A DNA stretch of 64,000 nt from Schmidtea polychroa (GCA_044892525.1 CM097885.1:39310001-39374000), one strand, 5' to 3'. Positions 1 through 10,089 are shown, counted from the first letter of the stretch. Program-made: numbers and translations. The notes: generated from the sequence alone by a model not told the origin.

Positions 1-92
1 TTGTTATGTCCCTACAGATGTCATAATCTCCACATAACCTGGGATCTCTTTTTTGGCTGCTAAAAATCTTTCCCTTTGTTATCGATCTGAAA

Positions 93-3000
93 TCACAACT
101 TACTCCTGTTCCTTCCATTAGTTGAACACATATTCCGACGGTGCTTTCCGTCGTAATCGCTGACCTTTATCATGAATACTTCGCCTTCTTGGAAAGCTTC
201 TCTTACGATTCTCGTATGTTTTGTTTCCGTTAAACAGATAGATGTTAATATTATGAATATTCTTTGTAGTAGGATTGGCTGGATTTGATTTCGAAGCACT
301 ATGCTATGTAGTGAGGACTTTCGCTTTTTGTTTTCTGTTTTGTCGAATCCTTGATCTTCACCTCGACATTGGTCATCTTCGTCTTCTTCCAACTCCTCAT
401 CATCATCCGTTGTTTCTCCGCCCTCCGGATTCTGTTCTCTGTCGTTTTCCTCTGGGTTGTTATCGTTATCCCCCATCCTTTCGTCGTCGTCGTCATCGTC
501 ATTCCTCTCACCCGGGGTTTTCCCGAAAATGTCGTCCTCGACATTTGTCGCTTTGATCATTTCTTTGTATTTTTTAATTATCTCTTTTTTATCGTTGTGG
601 ATACTTTCTCGTTCTTCTTTGGTTCCTTGATATTTCCGTTGTTTCCGGTGCCATTCCCACACTAGTATTTCTAGTTGCTTTGTCATCGAATGTGCTTTTG
701 TGCATTTCCACCAATTACCTGTCAATTCTGCTCTATTTCTTTGTAATATTGCTTTAATGGTTTTTGGCATTGGTGGTCTTGAGTATATGGCGCTTCTTAG
801 TACGATATTTTCGTTGTTCTGGAATTGATTTATATCAATTACTTCCGCTTTGAATTCGTTTTGTTTCCATTTGATTAACATTGCTGCGGTTCTGTCTAAG
901 TTTCCTCTGATGGCTTCCAGAATTGGTTCAATGCTCTGTCCCAACACCTCGGCTTCTTCGGTTGTTGCGTTTCCCATGATAAAGCTTAGTATGCTAGGTC
1001 TTTTTGACCTGACGGCGTAGCGCAAGATGGTTCGTTGTTTGTTATCTTTTTCTTTCAAAGTAGATACCGTTCTCAATAATTCTCTGAGTACTTCTCTTGA
1101 CGCGCCTTTTGCTATGGCTTTCATCAGTGGAGTTTTCCCTTTACTATTTTTAACGTTTGTCGATTGTTTGCAGTTTACCATTATTCGTATAATCTCTAAT
1201 GCTCGTTTTTCCTGTCCTGCTTTGACTGCATGATGGATTGGCCAGTTATTACTCAAATCACTTGTGAGGAACATGATTGGTAATCTCCGGATTAGTTCAT
1301 ATATTTGGACTGGTACTTGTAATCCCTCAGCATACCTTCGTCCTTTTGCATATCTTTCTGCTACTATCATTAGTTTGCCTAATACTTGGTATTTGTTGGT
1401 TATATCAGCCCATTCTGGTACAATTTCTCGTGCTATTTTTACTGTCATATTCCATGTCGCTTGACTCCTTGCCATTGCGTCAGCTTCGCATTCTGCTCCG
1501 GTTCCGTTATTGGCGCTGCTGCTTGTTTCTCCCCTCAACATGAATATCCGTCTTGTCTGTGATCTAGTTAATCTACCGCTTACTTCTGGTTCTGTTGTGG
1601 CATTTGTTTGTGATCTCGTGATTATCTTCCTTGTTTCTTGGTCTTTAGTGGCAGTTTTAGCTACTGCTTTACATCGTCTGAGGTTCATCCACTTTTTCCA
1701 CTTCCCGGTTCTTTTCACTTTCTCTTGAGTTCTTTCTGCTTCTAATCTCATTATCACTTTGAACTTACGTCCGACTTCTTCGTCTGTCCCTTTCATTTGC
1801 GTTAATATTTTCAACAATCTTTTTATTCGATAGATATCCTTTGAGTGTCCATGCAACACCATTGTTTTCGCTAAGAACGGTAAGAATCCAATTGCCAGTT
1901 TCCAATTTACTTTTCTCTCGCGCTTATAGATGTCAAAGCATGCTAGCATCTGGGTTAGTATCACTCTGACTATTTGTATTATCAGAATAATTCCGAGTAT
2001 CCCTGCCATCATTTGGCCAAATACTAAAAGTCTACCCCACATAGCCTTCATCATGTTTGCTGTTGCCTGTTGATAGTGACTTGGTGATAATAATAGCTCG
2101 TAGTTCGGGCTCTCCCCATAATTATTTCCTACAGAAATAGTCACTATATTTGATAAAATCGCTTGTCTTTGTGCTGGGAATAACATATGGGCTCTTGCTG
2201 ATTCGAGATCTTTTGGTGTATATAATCCACTCTGTGATATATCTATCGGCTTGAACTCTAATTCTGTTGTTAGTTCCGTCAATCCGAATTTTTTGGGTGT
2301 TGGTGCGATTGTTTTACTTCGGAATTGAACCCATTGTCCATCCTCTTTTTCGTACATTGGTCCATATGCATTACTGCAATTAAACAGATTTGGTTGAAAC
2401 CCTACCGGGTTCATTATCCTAGTGACTGCTTGCACAAATCTGGGTTTTCCTTCATGAATAATTTCGAGTTCGTTTGCACACTTATCGCTTGGTATTATAG
2501 GGTTTTCCGGCAATCTTGCAATTATCTTTTTGCATTGATAGGTGTACATTACCTCGCCCACGATTCGTCCGAAATATCCTTCTTGCAGTGGTAGTAACAG
2601 GATTGCGTTATCTGGATTTGTAATTGCCATTGCTAATTTTGTTCTCAATATTTCTTTGTTGAGCAGGCAATCGTTTCTTAACAGATCGTGATAGATCTTT
2701 TCCGTAGATGTTAATCCCCTGTGATATAAGAAATCCATCTTATTATTAGCATATAAATATAATTTGACATCTTTTTCGCTTAGTCTTCCGACTGCATTTG
2801 CTAGGGTTCTCCGCGACAAGTAGATCCCTTTATAATTGGTGCTGATCACCATCTCATCGCATTTACTCACCATTTTGTTCTTTATGAATCTCATTCCTAT
2901 TCCATCGTCTTTGGAGATTATCGCTGTGGGTGTTACTTCCGATTCCAATTTCGATGTTAATACGTCTTCTCTGAATCCTTTCCTTGCTCTCAACTCTTCC

Positions 3001-4787
3001 ATCGCTCGTTTTTCTGCTTCTCCTTTTGGTTCACTGTACACTTTCCCTTGGATTTCTTCGAATATTGCTGTTTTGAGTAACATTAGTCGACATACTTTCT
3101 GATCCGCATGGTATACCAGAGTTGACATTCCGGTTGAACATGATCGATCTGATGCGAGACAGCTTGGGTATTTCTTCATTGCTTGCGTGTAAGGGTCGAA
3201 ATAACCTTGATACCTTTCCAATTTGGCTTCATAACTTTCTATTACGACCACTCCACTAACTAGTTGTCCGTTCAGGGTGTATGTTCCTGTCTCACATGTT
3301 CCGTCTCCTTTAGTGATTCTGCCTGCCGTATACACGCGAGTCGTTTTTATTTTTCCTGGTTCTGCAGCAATTTCAATCCCTTGCCTTAAGTGGATTCTCC
3401 CCGATCGGAATCCTTCCTCGCATTCCTCTCGTGATAGTAATATTACCGTCGATTCCAATCCCGGTTCTATGATTGTTGAGTGGGAGGATGAACCGCAGTG
3501 ATGTGCAAATATCTTTCTGGTTACCGTACATTCTTGGACCATGGTTTTGATGAAATCTGCTTCTTGATATACGTTGTACGAGACTGATGCCATGACTGTT
3601 TGTAATTTTCTTGGGTTTGCCGCTTTACAGTCTTCCGTATCCTTTAATGAATATTTCTCATGGATTTTTATGTTGTCGCAGTCGTATACTGCAAATGACT
3701 CTGTTCCCTTGATACACATCATCCATATCAATATCGTGGTTATTATGGCATTCATTCCTTTTCGGCTTGCTCTTGGGTCGTTCATATTGATTGTCCCTTC
3801 GAATTCAGTTAGGAAATCGCGTAACTTTGCTTGCATCATTTCCGTTTGATCTTTCTTCCCAGTTGATTCGATGAAGCTTCTCCATCCCCTTTGTTCGAGT
3901 ATATATGGTTCTATTGATCGTTTGATTATTTCTGTTACTATGAATTCATAACTAGTTGCGTTATATTTTGGCATTCGTTTTTTATATTGACCAATGACGT
4001 TATACACCAAATATGCTAATCCCACTAAATATCGATTTTGGTCCTCTGATCTGCTTAATAGATGTTCCACAATTAATCTGAGTTCCACCGGATCCTTTAA
4101 CGTTAATCGAATTTTATTATCCATGATTTTCATTATTATCGGTTTCAATACCGCCCATAATTGTTTGGCTTCGGTTGGAATATTATCCTTCCTCATTACT
4201 CTTTTCACATCTGGATTTGCTAACGCTAACATGTTAGCTAATAAGTCGTTTATCCATCGTGTCCCTTGTTCCCGGACGTTTGTTTTCACTTTGACTTGTT
4301 TTACTAATGCACTTAGTTTATCCATTTTAGTTTTTACCTGTTCCATTTGCGCCTGAATTTTGGATTTTGGTTCCACTTCTGCTTTATCTGTTTTTGGTCT
4401 TCCTCTTGTTCGTCGATCCATAGCTGTTCCGGTTTCTTTCCGTTTTGGCGGATTGTAAGTTGTATCTTTTGACGTGGTCGCTCCTGGATCTACTCTCCAG
4501 TTGCTCCATTCATCGGTTGTGGTTACATCTTTATCGACACCTCTTTCCACATTATCTAAATCCGTCTCGGCTTCTGTCGTTTCCACTGGTTGTCTTTGCG
4601 CGCATACAAATCCATCTAGATCATCAGTTGTCGGTTCACCTTCGTCGATAAATAGATCTCCTGATTGCGATGCTCTCATAATCTCGCCAGCTTCTACTAT
4701 CTCTTGTAATTCATCCAGTATTTCGTCTTCTCCCGTTGTTTTGATCGTTACTTCACTAACCGCATTTGGGACTTCTGGTGTGTCCAA
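93..4787 (-). CDS. env: Env-like polyprotein segment: N-terminal region, internal signal-like peptide, Cys-rich class III fusion glycoprotein (chuvirus G / gB-like), TM, cytoplasmic ankyrin repeats, acidic tract
   Basis: Hydrophobic MNAIITTILIWMMCIKGTES is followed by FAVYDC...C...Q...ECTVTRKIFAHHCGSSSHS (from ~3695), a Cys pattern typical of chuvirus-like/gB-type env. TM segment LLVFGQMMAGILGIILIIQIVRVIL at ~1955-2030. Ankyrin motifs NWPIHHAVKAG, GKTPLMKAIAKG and QRTILRYAVRS at ~780-1250. D/E-rich tract at ~350-500. The listed start is TTG; the ORF is probably frameshifted from the upstream ORF. Confidence 0.8.
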   Translation of the reverse strand: MDTPEVPNAVSEVTIKTTGEDEILDELQEIVEAGEIMRASQSGDLFIDEGEPTTDDLDGFVCAQRQPVETTEAETDLDNVERGVDKDVTTTDEWSNWRVDPGATTSKDTTYNPPKRKETGTAMDRRTRGRPKTDKAEVEPKSKIQAQMEQVKTKMDKLSALVKQVKVKTNVREQGTRWINDLLANMLALANPDVKRVMRKDNIPTEAKQLWAVLKPIIMKIMDNKIRLTLKDPVELRLIVEHLLSRSEDQNRYLVGLAYLVYNVIGQYKKRMPKYNATSYEFIVTEIIKRSIEPYILEQRGWRSFIESTGKKDQTEMMQAKLRDFLTEFEGTINMNDPRASRKGMNAIITTILIWMMCIKGTESFAVYDCDNIKIHEKYSLKDTEDCKAANPRKLQTVMASVSYNVYQEADFIKTMVQECTVTRKIFAHHCGSSSHSTIIEPGLESTVILLSREECEEGFRSGRIHLRQGIEIAAEPGKIKTTRVYTAGRITKGDGTCETGTYTLNGQLVSGVVVIESYEAKLERYQGYFDPYTQAMKKYPSCLASDRSCSTGMSTLVYHADQKVCRLMLLKTAIFEEIQGKVYSEPKGEAEKRAMEELRARKGFREDVLTSKLESEVTPTAIISKDDGIGMRFIKNKMVSKCDEMVISTNYKGIYLSRRTLANAVGRLSEKDVKLYLYANNKMDFLYHRGLTSTEKIYHDLLRNDCLLNKEILRTKLAMAITNPDNAILLLPLQEGYFGRIVGEVMYTYQCKKIIARLPENPIIPSDKCANELEIIHEGKPRFVQAVTRIMNPVGFQPNLFNCSNAYGPMYEKEDGQWVQFRSKTIAPTPKKFGLTELTTELEFKPIDISQSGLYTPKDLESARAHMLFPAQRQAILSNIVTISVGNNYGESPNYELLLSPSHYQQATANMMKAMWGRLLVFGQMMAGILGIILIIQIVRVILTQMLACFDIYKRERKVNWKLAIGFLPFLAKTMVLHGHSKDIYRIKRLLKILTQMKGTDEEVGRKFKVIMRLEAERTQEKVKRTGKWKKWMNLRRCKAVAKTATKDQETRKIITRSQTNATTEPEVSGRLTRSQTRRIFMLRGETSSSANNGTGAECEADAMARSQATWNMTVKIAREIVPEWADITNKYQVLGKLMIVAERYAKGRRYAEGLQVPVQIYELIRRLPIMFLTSDLSNNWPIHHAVKAGQEKRALEIIRIMVNCKQSTNVKNSKGKTPLMKAIAKGASREVLRELLRTVSTLKEKDNKQRTILRYAVRSKRPSILSFIMGNATTEEAEVLGQSIEPILEAIRGNLDRTAAMLIKWKQNEFKAEVIDINQFQNNENIVLRSAIYSRPPMPKTIKAILQRNRAELTGNWWKCTKAHSMTKQLEILVWEWHRKQRKYQGTKEERESIHNDKKEIIKKYKEMIKATNVEDDIFGKTPGERNDDDDDDERMGDNDNNPEENDREQNPEGGETTDDDEELEEDEDDQCRGEDQGFDKTENKKRKSSLHSIVLRNQIQPILLQRIFIILTSICLTETKHTRIVREAFQEGEVFMIKVSDYDGKHRRNMCSTNGRNRSKL

Positions 4788-5302
4788 ACTTCCTGGTTGT
4801 TGGTGGATGATTTTTGCTTTATCTCTCTTCTCCTTAATTCTCTACCTGCAATTTTACTCACCGTTAATCTGTTCACAATTTCTCCTTGAAGTGGTGTCAC
4901 ACCAATTTCAATATCATCGTCTAATGATCGTCCCTCGTGTTGTAAGTGAAACGGAAGTTCATAAGGTATTCTCTTTTTAACTTCCCTGACCTTGGCTGTT
5001 GTGTAGAATTCCTTTTCCATTGGTTCAAAATCTGGTAAGAATATATTTAGTTGATATTTCTCGGGTGAGTTTTCGGCCCACTCCTGTTGTTTCCATTTCC
5101 GGATGATTTCACCAAATTGCTCTGGGTACCATACGTATACTCGTCGATATTCCTCAATTGCTTTAACGATTTTTCGTAGGTTTTGAATCCTTTTGCATGA
5201 TTCGGCTATCCATTTTGCTAGTTCTACTACCGCTCGTCGACGATTTTTCGCACCGTTTTGTAATATTTCTATCAACTCCTTACACTTTTGTGCTTCCATC
5301 AA
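4748..5302 (-). CDS. Uncharacterised segment of the retroelement polyprotein
   Basis: 184-aa ORF with the same A-rich codon usage as its neighbours. It is in frame with the MATH C-terminal extension except for one TAA (~5352-5354) and overlaps the env frame near 4790-4840. Confidence 0.6.
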   Translation of the reverse strand: MMEAQKCKELIEILQNGAKNRRRAVVELAKWIAESCKRIQNLRKIVKAIEEYRRVYVWYPEQFGEIIRKWKQQEWAENSPEKYQLNIFLPDFEPMEKEFYTTAKVREVKKRIPYELPFHLQHEGRSLDDDIEIGVTPLQGEIVNRLTVSKIAGRELRRREIKQKSSTNNQEVWTHQKSQMRLVK

Positions 5303-5469
5303 TGTTGCTGCTTCCTCCTCATCTGCGTCGGCGTCTATTGGTAGATGTCCTTAATCTGGTACTCTTCTCCTCATCATACAGATTCTCGGTTGATTTTCCG
5401 GTATGTTCAATCGTTGGTTCATTTCTTTTTCCATTTCCACCTCTACTCTGATCTGGATGGCATTGCCTT

Positions 5470-7743
5470 TCACAAATATCGACTGTTCGTTCTCGATGTA
5501 ATTTGACGTATCAATTTAGACGTCCCAGAAGCGATATTTTCTAATGTCGTCGGTCGTTGATAGCAGGCGCTCCTTGGATCTGGTTTCAATGTTTCTTTAT
5601 GTACGTTAAGGCTATATTTCAGTGGTTCGATCGCTATCGTTACTTTTCTGCTAAACGGCCATGGTACCTTGTCGTCATAACTTCCTTTGCAGATGATGAA
5701 GAATGCCGACACATAACTTCTTTTTCCTACTCCGTCTCCGTTCGGGTATATTCGCAATTTCATCTTGTACTCACCTAATCCTGAGTAAAACGGTGGACTT
5801 ACTAATCGTGTGATTTTTTCTTCCTTTCCTGATTTTATCTTTTCCATCCAATTCTCAATTTTCCACGTGAATGGTGCTAACCTTACCGGTTCTCGTATCT
5901 CCTCATCTTCTCCTAATTGTAATTCATTTTGGAATTCTTGTGGTAATATATCCTGGTAAGTATCGATTGGTTTCTCTCTTACCCATACTGCTGCGATCTC
6001 TTCGGGTATATTATCTATCCAATTTGGTTCCAACTTTTGCTGCTCCCAATCCCATCGAGCTTCACTTTCGATCCACACCTTTTTCCATGGTATCAGTTTG
6101 CAATCTTCGTCATTGAAGGCTGCTAGTTTTAGTTTATCATCCTTTAGCCAATGGTTATAAATATCTATTATTCGATCCATCTTTGCTCTCATTCCCCATT
6201 GGAATCTCTTGATTTGTTGATCAGTTTTGGTGACGTTTTTGTGTCCGCCAGATGGTTCATCCATCGCGATTATATTAATGACGGCTCCATCTTCCCAGAT
6301 TCCTAGTTCGTAAATTACAGTTCGGTCTCCTCTTTCTAGCATGTGTCGGTTGTACATTAATATCACATCTTCGATCATTTCATCCTCACTATTTTCTCGA
6401 GCTTTTTGGATAATCTCCTGATCTATGATTTGTACTAACTCGTCAACTTGGCAATCGGGATTGACTTCTATTATCTGTTTCTCTTCATTTGGCAACTTCA
6501 CCTTTATTTTTATCGTTTCTTGTTCGCATTTGGTTCTCTCGTATTCTCCGTATTTTGATATTAATTCTGTTGCTCGTTTATCTTCAAATCTCATAATTTC
6601 CGTGTCTCGTACGTCTTTGACAAATTGTTTCATTAGTTGTGGCCATCTTTCTCTTAGTCTATTAATATATTTCCTTGCCTGATCGATAGCTTGTTTGACC
6701 AAGGTTATTTGGTTTTCTTTCATTATTTTTCGTTCGATCTTTTCCAATTCCGGTTCCACTTCATTGTTAAACACTTGTTGGATTTTCTTGAACATTTCTG
6801 TCACTGATTCGTCATCTCTGGTTTTCTCTAAGGTTAAGGTGTTAGTTTCGTTTGGCCATATCATCGCATCCACCAAATGTATGCCCGTTTTAACTTTGTA
6901 ACCATCGACATATAATTGTTTATTTTTATGGCTCGTTCCCATCTTTTCCTGTACCCAGTTGTACAGTTCATCAGTATTTGTTCCTTTTAATTCAATGGCC
7001 CGTATCTGAATCTCGGGGTGTTGAATACTTACTTGGTATTGATCTGGGTCTGCGTCCTTTAGTTTCTCTTTATATTTTGTTGCTAGATCTTTCCATGCTG
7101 CCGTTATTATACCTCCTTCACTCTGGTATACTTGAGTTATAAGTTTTAAGCATTTTCTGTATGTTGACTCGTTGATGTAGCTCTCATTTCGCTCTATTTC
7201 TGTTACTGTGTCGAAAATTTCCTCGAATATCTCCTCATCGTCTTTTTCTATCATTGATTTCATGTCATCATTTTCACTCTCATCACTACTTGGAGGTGTT
7301 TCACTGTTTGGAGGTGTTTTGGGTTCGTTATTTTCCTCGCTTGACTGGAATAATTCGCCTCCCAGGCTACTCACCTCACTTTTCTCATCTTCCTGATCCG
7401 TCTGGTCACTCCGCATTTGTCTCAGCATGTTTATTTTAGCTTTAGTATGTGGTTCTTTCTTTTCAAACCACTCATTTTTCCTGAACCAATGTTCTTTCAC
7501 TTTTTCTTTTATTTGTTCCTCAGTTAATATAGGGTTTTCGTTTTTGATTCTATCTTCGATTTTTTGTAGTAGTACCCTCTGAATTCGATTTTTTGTAACT
7601 ATCTCATTGCTTTTTGGTTCGTCTTTGCTCTCATCCCTTTTTTGTCTCCTTTCTTTTTCCTCTTTGGTAAATTCTTTAATCAATTGTATTTTCTCTTCAC
7701 TGCTCAATTCTGTCTGTGGATCAATCTCATTTTCTTTTGTCAT
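5470..7743 (-). CDS. Protein with two ubiquitin-like domains and a C-terminal TRAF-type MATH domain
   Basis: MATH: FTWKIE...SPPFYSG..YKMKLRIYPNGDGVGK.SYVSAFF..CKGSYDD..PWPFSRKVT...PDPRSACYQRP..ENIASG (~5520-5877), close to the TRAF-C consensus. The last strand (FVKGNAIQIRVEVE) lies in a shifted frame. Ubl-like segments IKIKVKLPNEEKQIIEVNPDCQVDEL...ILMYNRHML..LGIWEDGAVINII (~6270-6520) and a weaker one at ~6830-7040. Confidence 0.85.
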   Translation of the reverse strand: MTKENEIDPQTELSSEEKIQLIKEFTKEEKERRQKRDESKDEPKSNEIVTKNRIQRVLLQKIEDRIKNENPILTEEQIKEKVKEHWFRKNEWFEKKEPHTKAKINMLRQMRSDQTDQEDEKSEVSSLGGELFQSSEENNEPKTPPNSETPPSSDESENDDMKSMIEKDDEEIFEEIFDTVTEIERNESYINESTYRKCLKLITQVYQSEGGIITAAWKDLATKYKEKLKDADPDQYQVSIQHPEIQIRAIELKGTNTDELYNWVQEKMGTSHKNKQLYVDGYKVKTGIHLVDAMIWPNETNTLTLEKTRDDESVTEMFKKIQQVFNNEVEPELEKIERKIMKENQITLVKQAIDQARKYINRLRERWPQLMKQFVKDVRDTEIMRFEDKRATELISKYGEYERTKCEQETIKIKVKLPNEEKQIIEVNPDCQVDELVQIIDQEIIQKARENSEDEMIEDVILMYNRHMLERGDRTVIYELGIWEDGAVINIIAMDEPSGGHKNVTKTDQQIKRFQWGMRAKMDRIIDIYNHWLKDDKLKLAAFNDEDCKLIPWKKVWIESEARWDWEQQKLEPNWIDNIPEEIAAVWVREKPIDTYQDILPQEFQNELQLGEDEEIREPVRLAPFTWKIENWMEKIKSGKEEKITRLVSPPFYSGLGEYKMKLRIYPNGDGVGKRSYVSAFFIICKGSYDDKVPWPFSRKVTIAIEPLKYSLNVHKETLKPDPRSACYQRPTTLENIASGTSKLIRQITSRTNSRYL

Positions 7744-7903
7744 TTTTATCTCCTCGTTTATTATCGGATCACTCCCTTCGTTGTTAACACACTGCTCCGC
7801 AGTGTGCGATTCCTCTTTTTTTTGTTAATCTCATCATATTTATTCTTCCGGGATTCGCTTCCCGTTGTTTCCATCTTTCTTGAATTTCTCTGGCTTCCTC
7901 GTT

Positions 7904-9331
7904 TTATAATCTTTGCCATTCGATTCGTTGTTGGTCTTGTTGTTGCTTACTCGGTTGTTTCCGGATTTCCTCGGTGCTCTGCATCATATTGATTCGTTGC
8001 TGTTGATTATTAACCGGTATTCGTTGGATCATATCTTTTAATTGTTCGATTTCCTGCATGAGGTTAATTTGTGTGTTCTGACTTGGATTGTTTGATCCTG
8101 GTTGATTTGGTTTGGTTCTCATCGTGCATTCTCTTGCCATGTGTCCAGGTTGATTACAATTGTAGCAGGTTCTGGTTCCTCCTCTGCCCATAGACATCAT
8201 GGGTCCTCTGCAGACATTCTCCGTGTGGCCTCTTCTCCCACATTTTTGACACATCCTTGCTCTATAACATTCATTGCTCCAATGCCCTGATCGTTGGCAT
8301 ATGTTGCACGTCCGATTGTTAATGTCGTTGTTCCTGAAATTATTAGTAAAATTTTGAATATTACCTCCATTATCTTGGTTTCTTGTTTGTGGAGTTTTGA
8401 ACAACTGTTGCGATCCTGGGATGAATTGATTCATTACTGGATTCGCATTATTGACTTGATTGTTTGTGGTTGTTGCTGTTGTTGCTGGAGCTGCTGGAGC
8501 TGCTGTCATTGCTGCTACTTGTATTGGTGTTAGGTAAGTTTCACATTTGTTAGCTATTTTTAGTGCTTCTTCCAGCGTCTCTGGTGCTCGACATCCCAAG
8601 GTTGCTCGTATATCCTCTCGTTTCATGCCATCTACGAATACGGCTATTATTTTGTCTTCCGGAACTGGTTGATTTGAATCGAAGGCTTCTCTTGCTAGTC
8701 GTCTCAATTCGCATGCGTACAGTGCGTTGGATTCGTTATATTTCTGCTTTCGATGTAGAAAGTCTAACATTTTTCGATTTCCTTCTTTCTCGGTACCGAA
8801 TGTTTTTATTAAAAACTCCTTGATCTTTTTCCACGTTCTCAACTTTGTTGCATCGCATTTTGCCTCTAAATATACATTTTGGGCGCTTCCTTTTAGAAAT
8901 AGGGGTATTCGTTCTCGTACGACTATGTCTGGCCAGTGACATATCGTAATGTATACTTCAAATTCTTTTATAAACGTTTCTAGCTGGTTTATATTTCCAT
9001 CGAATGGCTCTCCTCGAAATTTCTCTCTGAATTCTCCAATGTTGACGTGCACATTACTTGTTTCCGGTGGATCCGTTACCCCTGTTCCATTTGGAGTCCC
9101 GTCCGCCATTATTTCTTGACACAAGATTGTTATATTGGTTGATTCTGAACTATTTCCTTCCTCGTCTGTTGATTCGGTGTCGCTTATCGGATCTAGTTCG
9201 GGTCGTTTGAAATCGTCGCTGTTCTCAAATTCGTTAGTTAAACTGTCCGATTCAAATACTGTTTCTACTGATGCTGGTTTCTTGTGTAGTTTTCTGTTTT
9301 TCTTGGCTCTTTGTATCTCTTCCTTTTCCAA
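7904..9331 (-). CDS. gag: Gag (Ty3/gypsy-type capsid plus three CCHC zinc knuckles)
   Basis: Capsid motifs FLKGSAQNVY...TWKKIKEFLIKTFG...RKQKYNESNALYACELRRLA. Knuckles CNICQRSGHWSNEC, CQKCGRRGHTENVC and CYNCNQPGHMAREC. The listed start is TTG; the first ATG (MADG) is at 9109. Confidence 0.92.
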   Translation of the reverse strand: MEKEEIQRAKKNRKLHKKPASVETVFESDSLTNEFENSDDFKRPELDPISDTESTDEEGNSSESTNITILCQEIMADGTPNGTGVTDPPETSNVHVNIGEFREKFRGEPFDGNINQLETFIKEFEVYITICHWPDIVVRERIPLFLKGSAQNVYLEAKCDATKLRTWKKIKEFLIKTFGTEKEGNRKMLDFLHRKQKYNESNALYACELRRLAREAFDSNQPVPEDKIIAVFVDGMKREDIRATLGCRAPETLEEALKIANKCETYLTPIQVAAMTAAPAAPATTATTTNNQVNNANPVMNQFIPGSQQLFKTPQTRNQDNGGNIQNFTNNFRNNDINNRTCNICQRSGHWSNECYRARMCQKCGRRGHTENVCRGPMMSMGRGGTRTCYNCNQPGHMARECTMRTKPNQPGSNNPSQNTQINLMQEIEQLKDMIQRIPVNNQQQRINMMQSTEEIRKQPSKQQQDQQRIEWQRL

Positions 9332-10089
9332 TAAATTGAGGTTTCCTTTACTTTTTCGTCTAGTTCGGCTAGCTAAGCTATCAATTTTTTCCTCCTTTTA
9401 ATATCCTTTGATAAATTTTCTACTTCGTCGATTGAGCTTGATGTTTCCTAATTATTGTCTCGCTTTAATCTTTACGATTCTCTAATTCCTCTTGGATTTG
9501 GTTTTATTAGTTTCTTTGATTCTTCGCTTTTTGATTGATTTCTCTATATCTCTTGATTTCTATTGCTTTCTTGATTTTCTTGATTTCTTTCTGAATTCTT
9601 TGCTTTATTCTAAAATAATTAACACTTCTAGTACATATCATAAATTCTCTTTATTAAACCCTTCATTTACTTTCCATTTTCCCTTTATTTTACTGCTCCT
9701 TCGCTTCAAATTTTCTAGCTTTCCTACACTTCTCGTTATTCACCCCATTTTGATTTTAAGTCGATTTTAAATTATCTATAACTCATATCAATTATCTATA
9801 TAGTCATATCAATTATCTATCCCTTTTATAATCGTCATATAAATATAATATCAATCACATAAATATCAAAATAAACATATCATTAATAAATAAAATTCAA
9901 TAATTCAACTACTAGCTATTCGTTCGCTTTTCCCCATCCAAAACCTGGTTTTATGTTCTCTTGCGCCGGCGCTTTATCATAATTTTCCTTTACTCATTAT
10001 ATATTTGTCGCACTTAATCTATTTCAATTTAATCAACTTCATTTTAATTATTGATGCTTTGGTACGCGCGACCTCTACATCCACCTTTA

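Noticed and set aside
7816..7823. Programmed -1 frameshift at the A-run after gag
   Set aside because: The required shift is +1 and lies downstream of an in-frame stop, so a homopolymer indel is more likely.
275..9770. Many short plus-strand ORFs
   Set aside because: Antisense shadows of the A-rich minus-strand ORFs, with no motifs.
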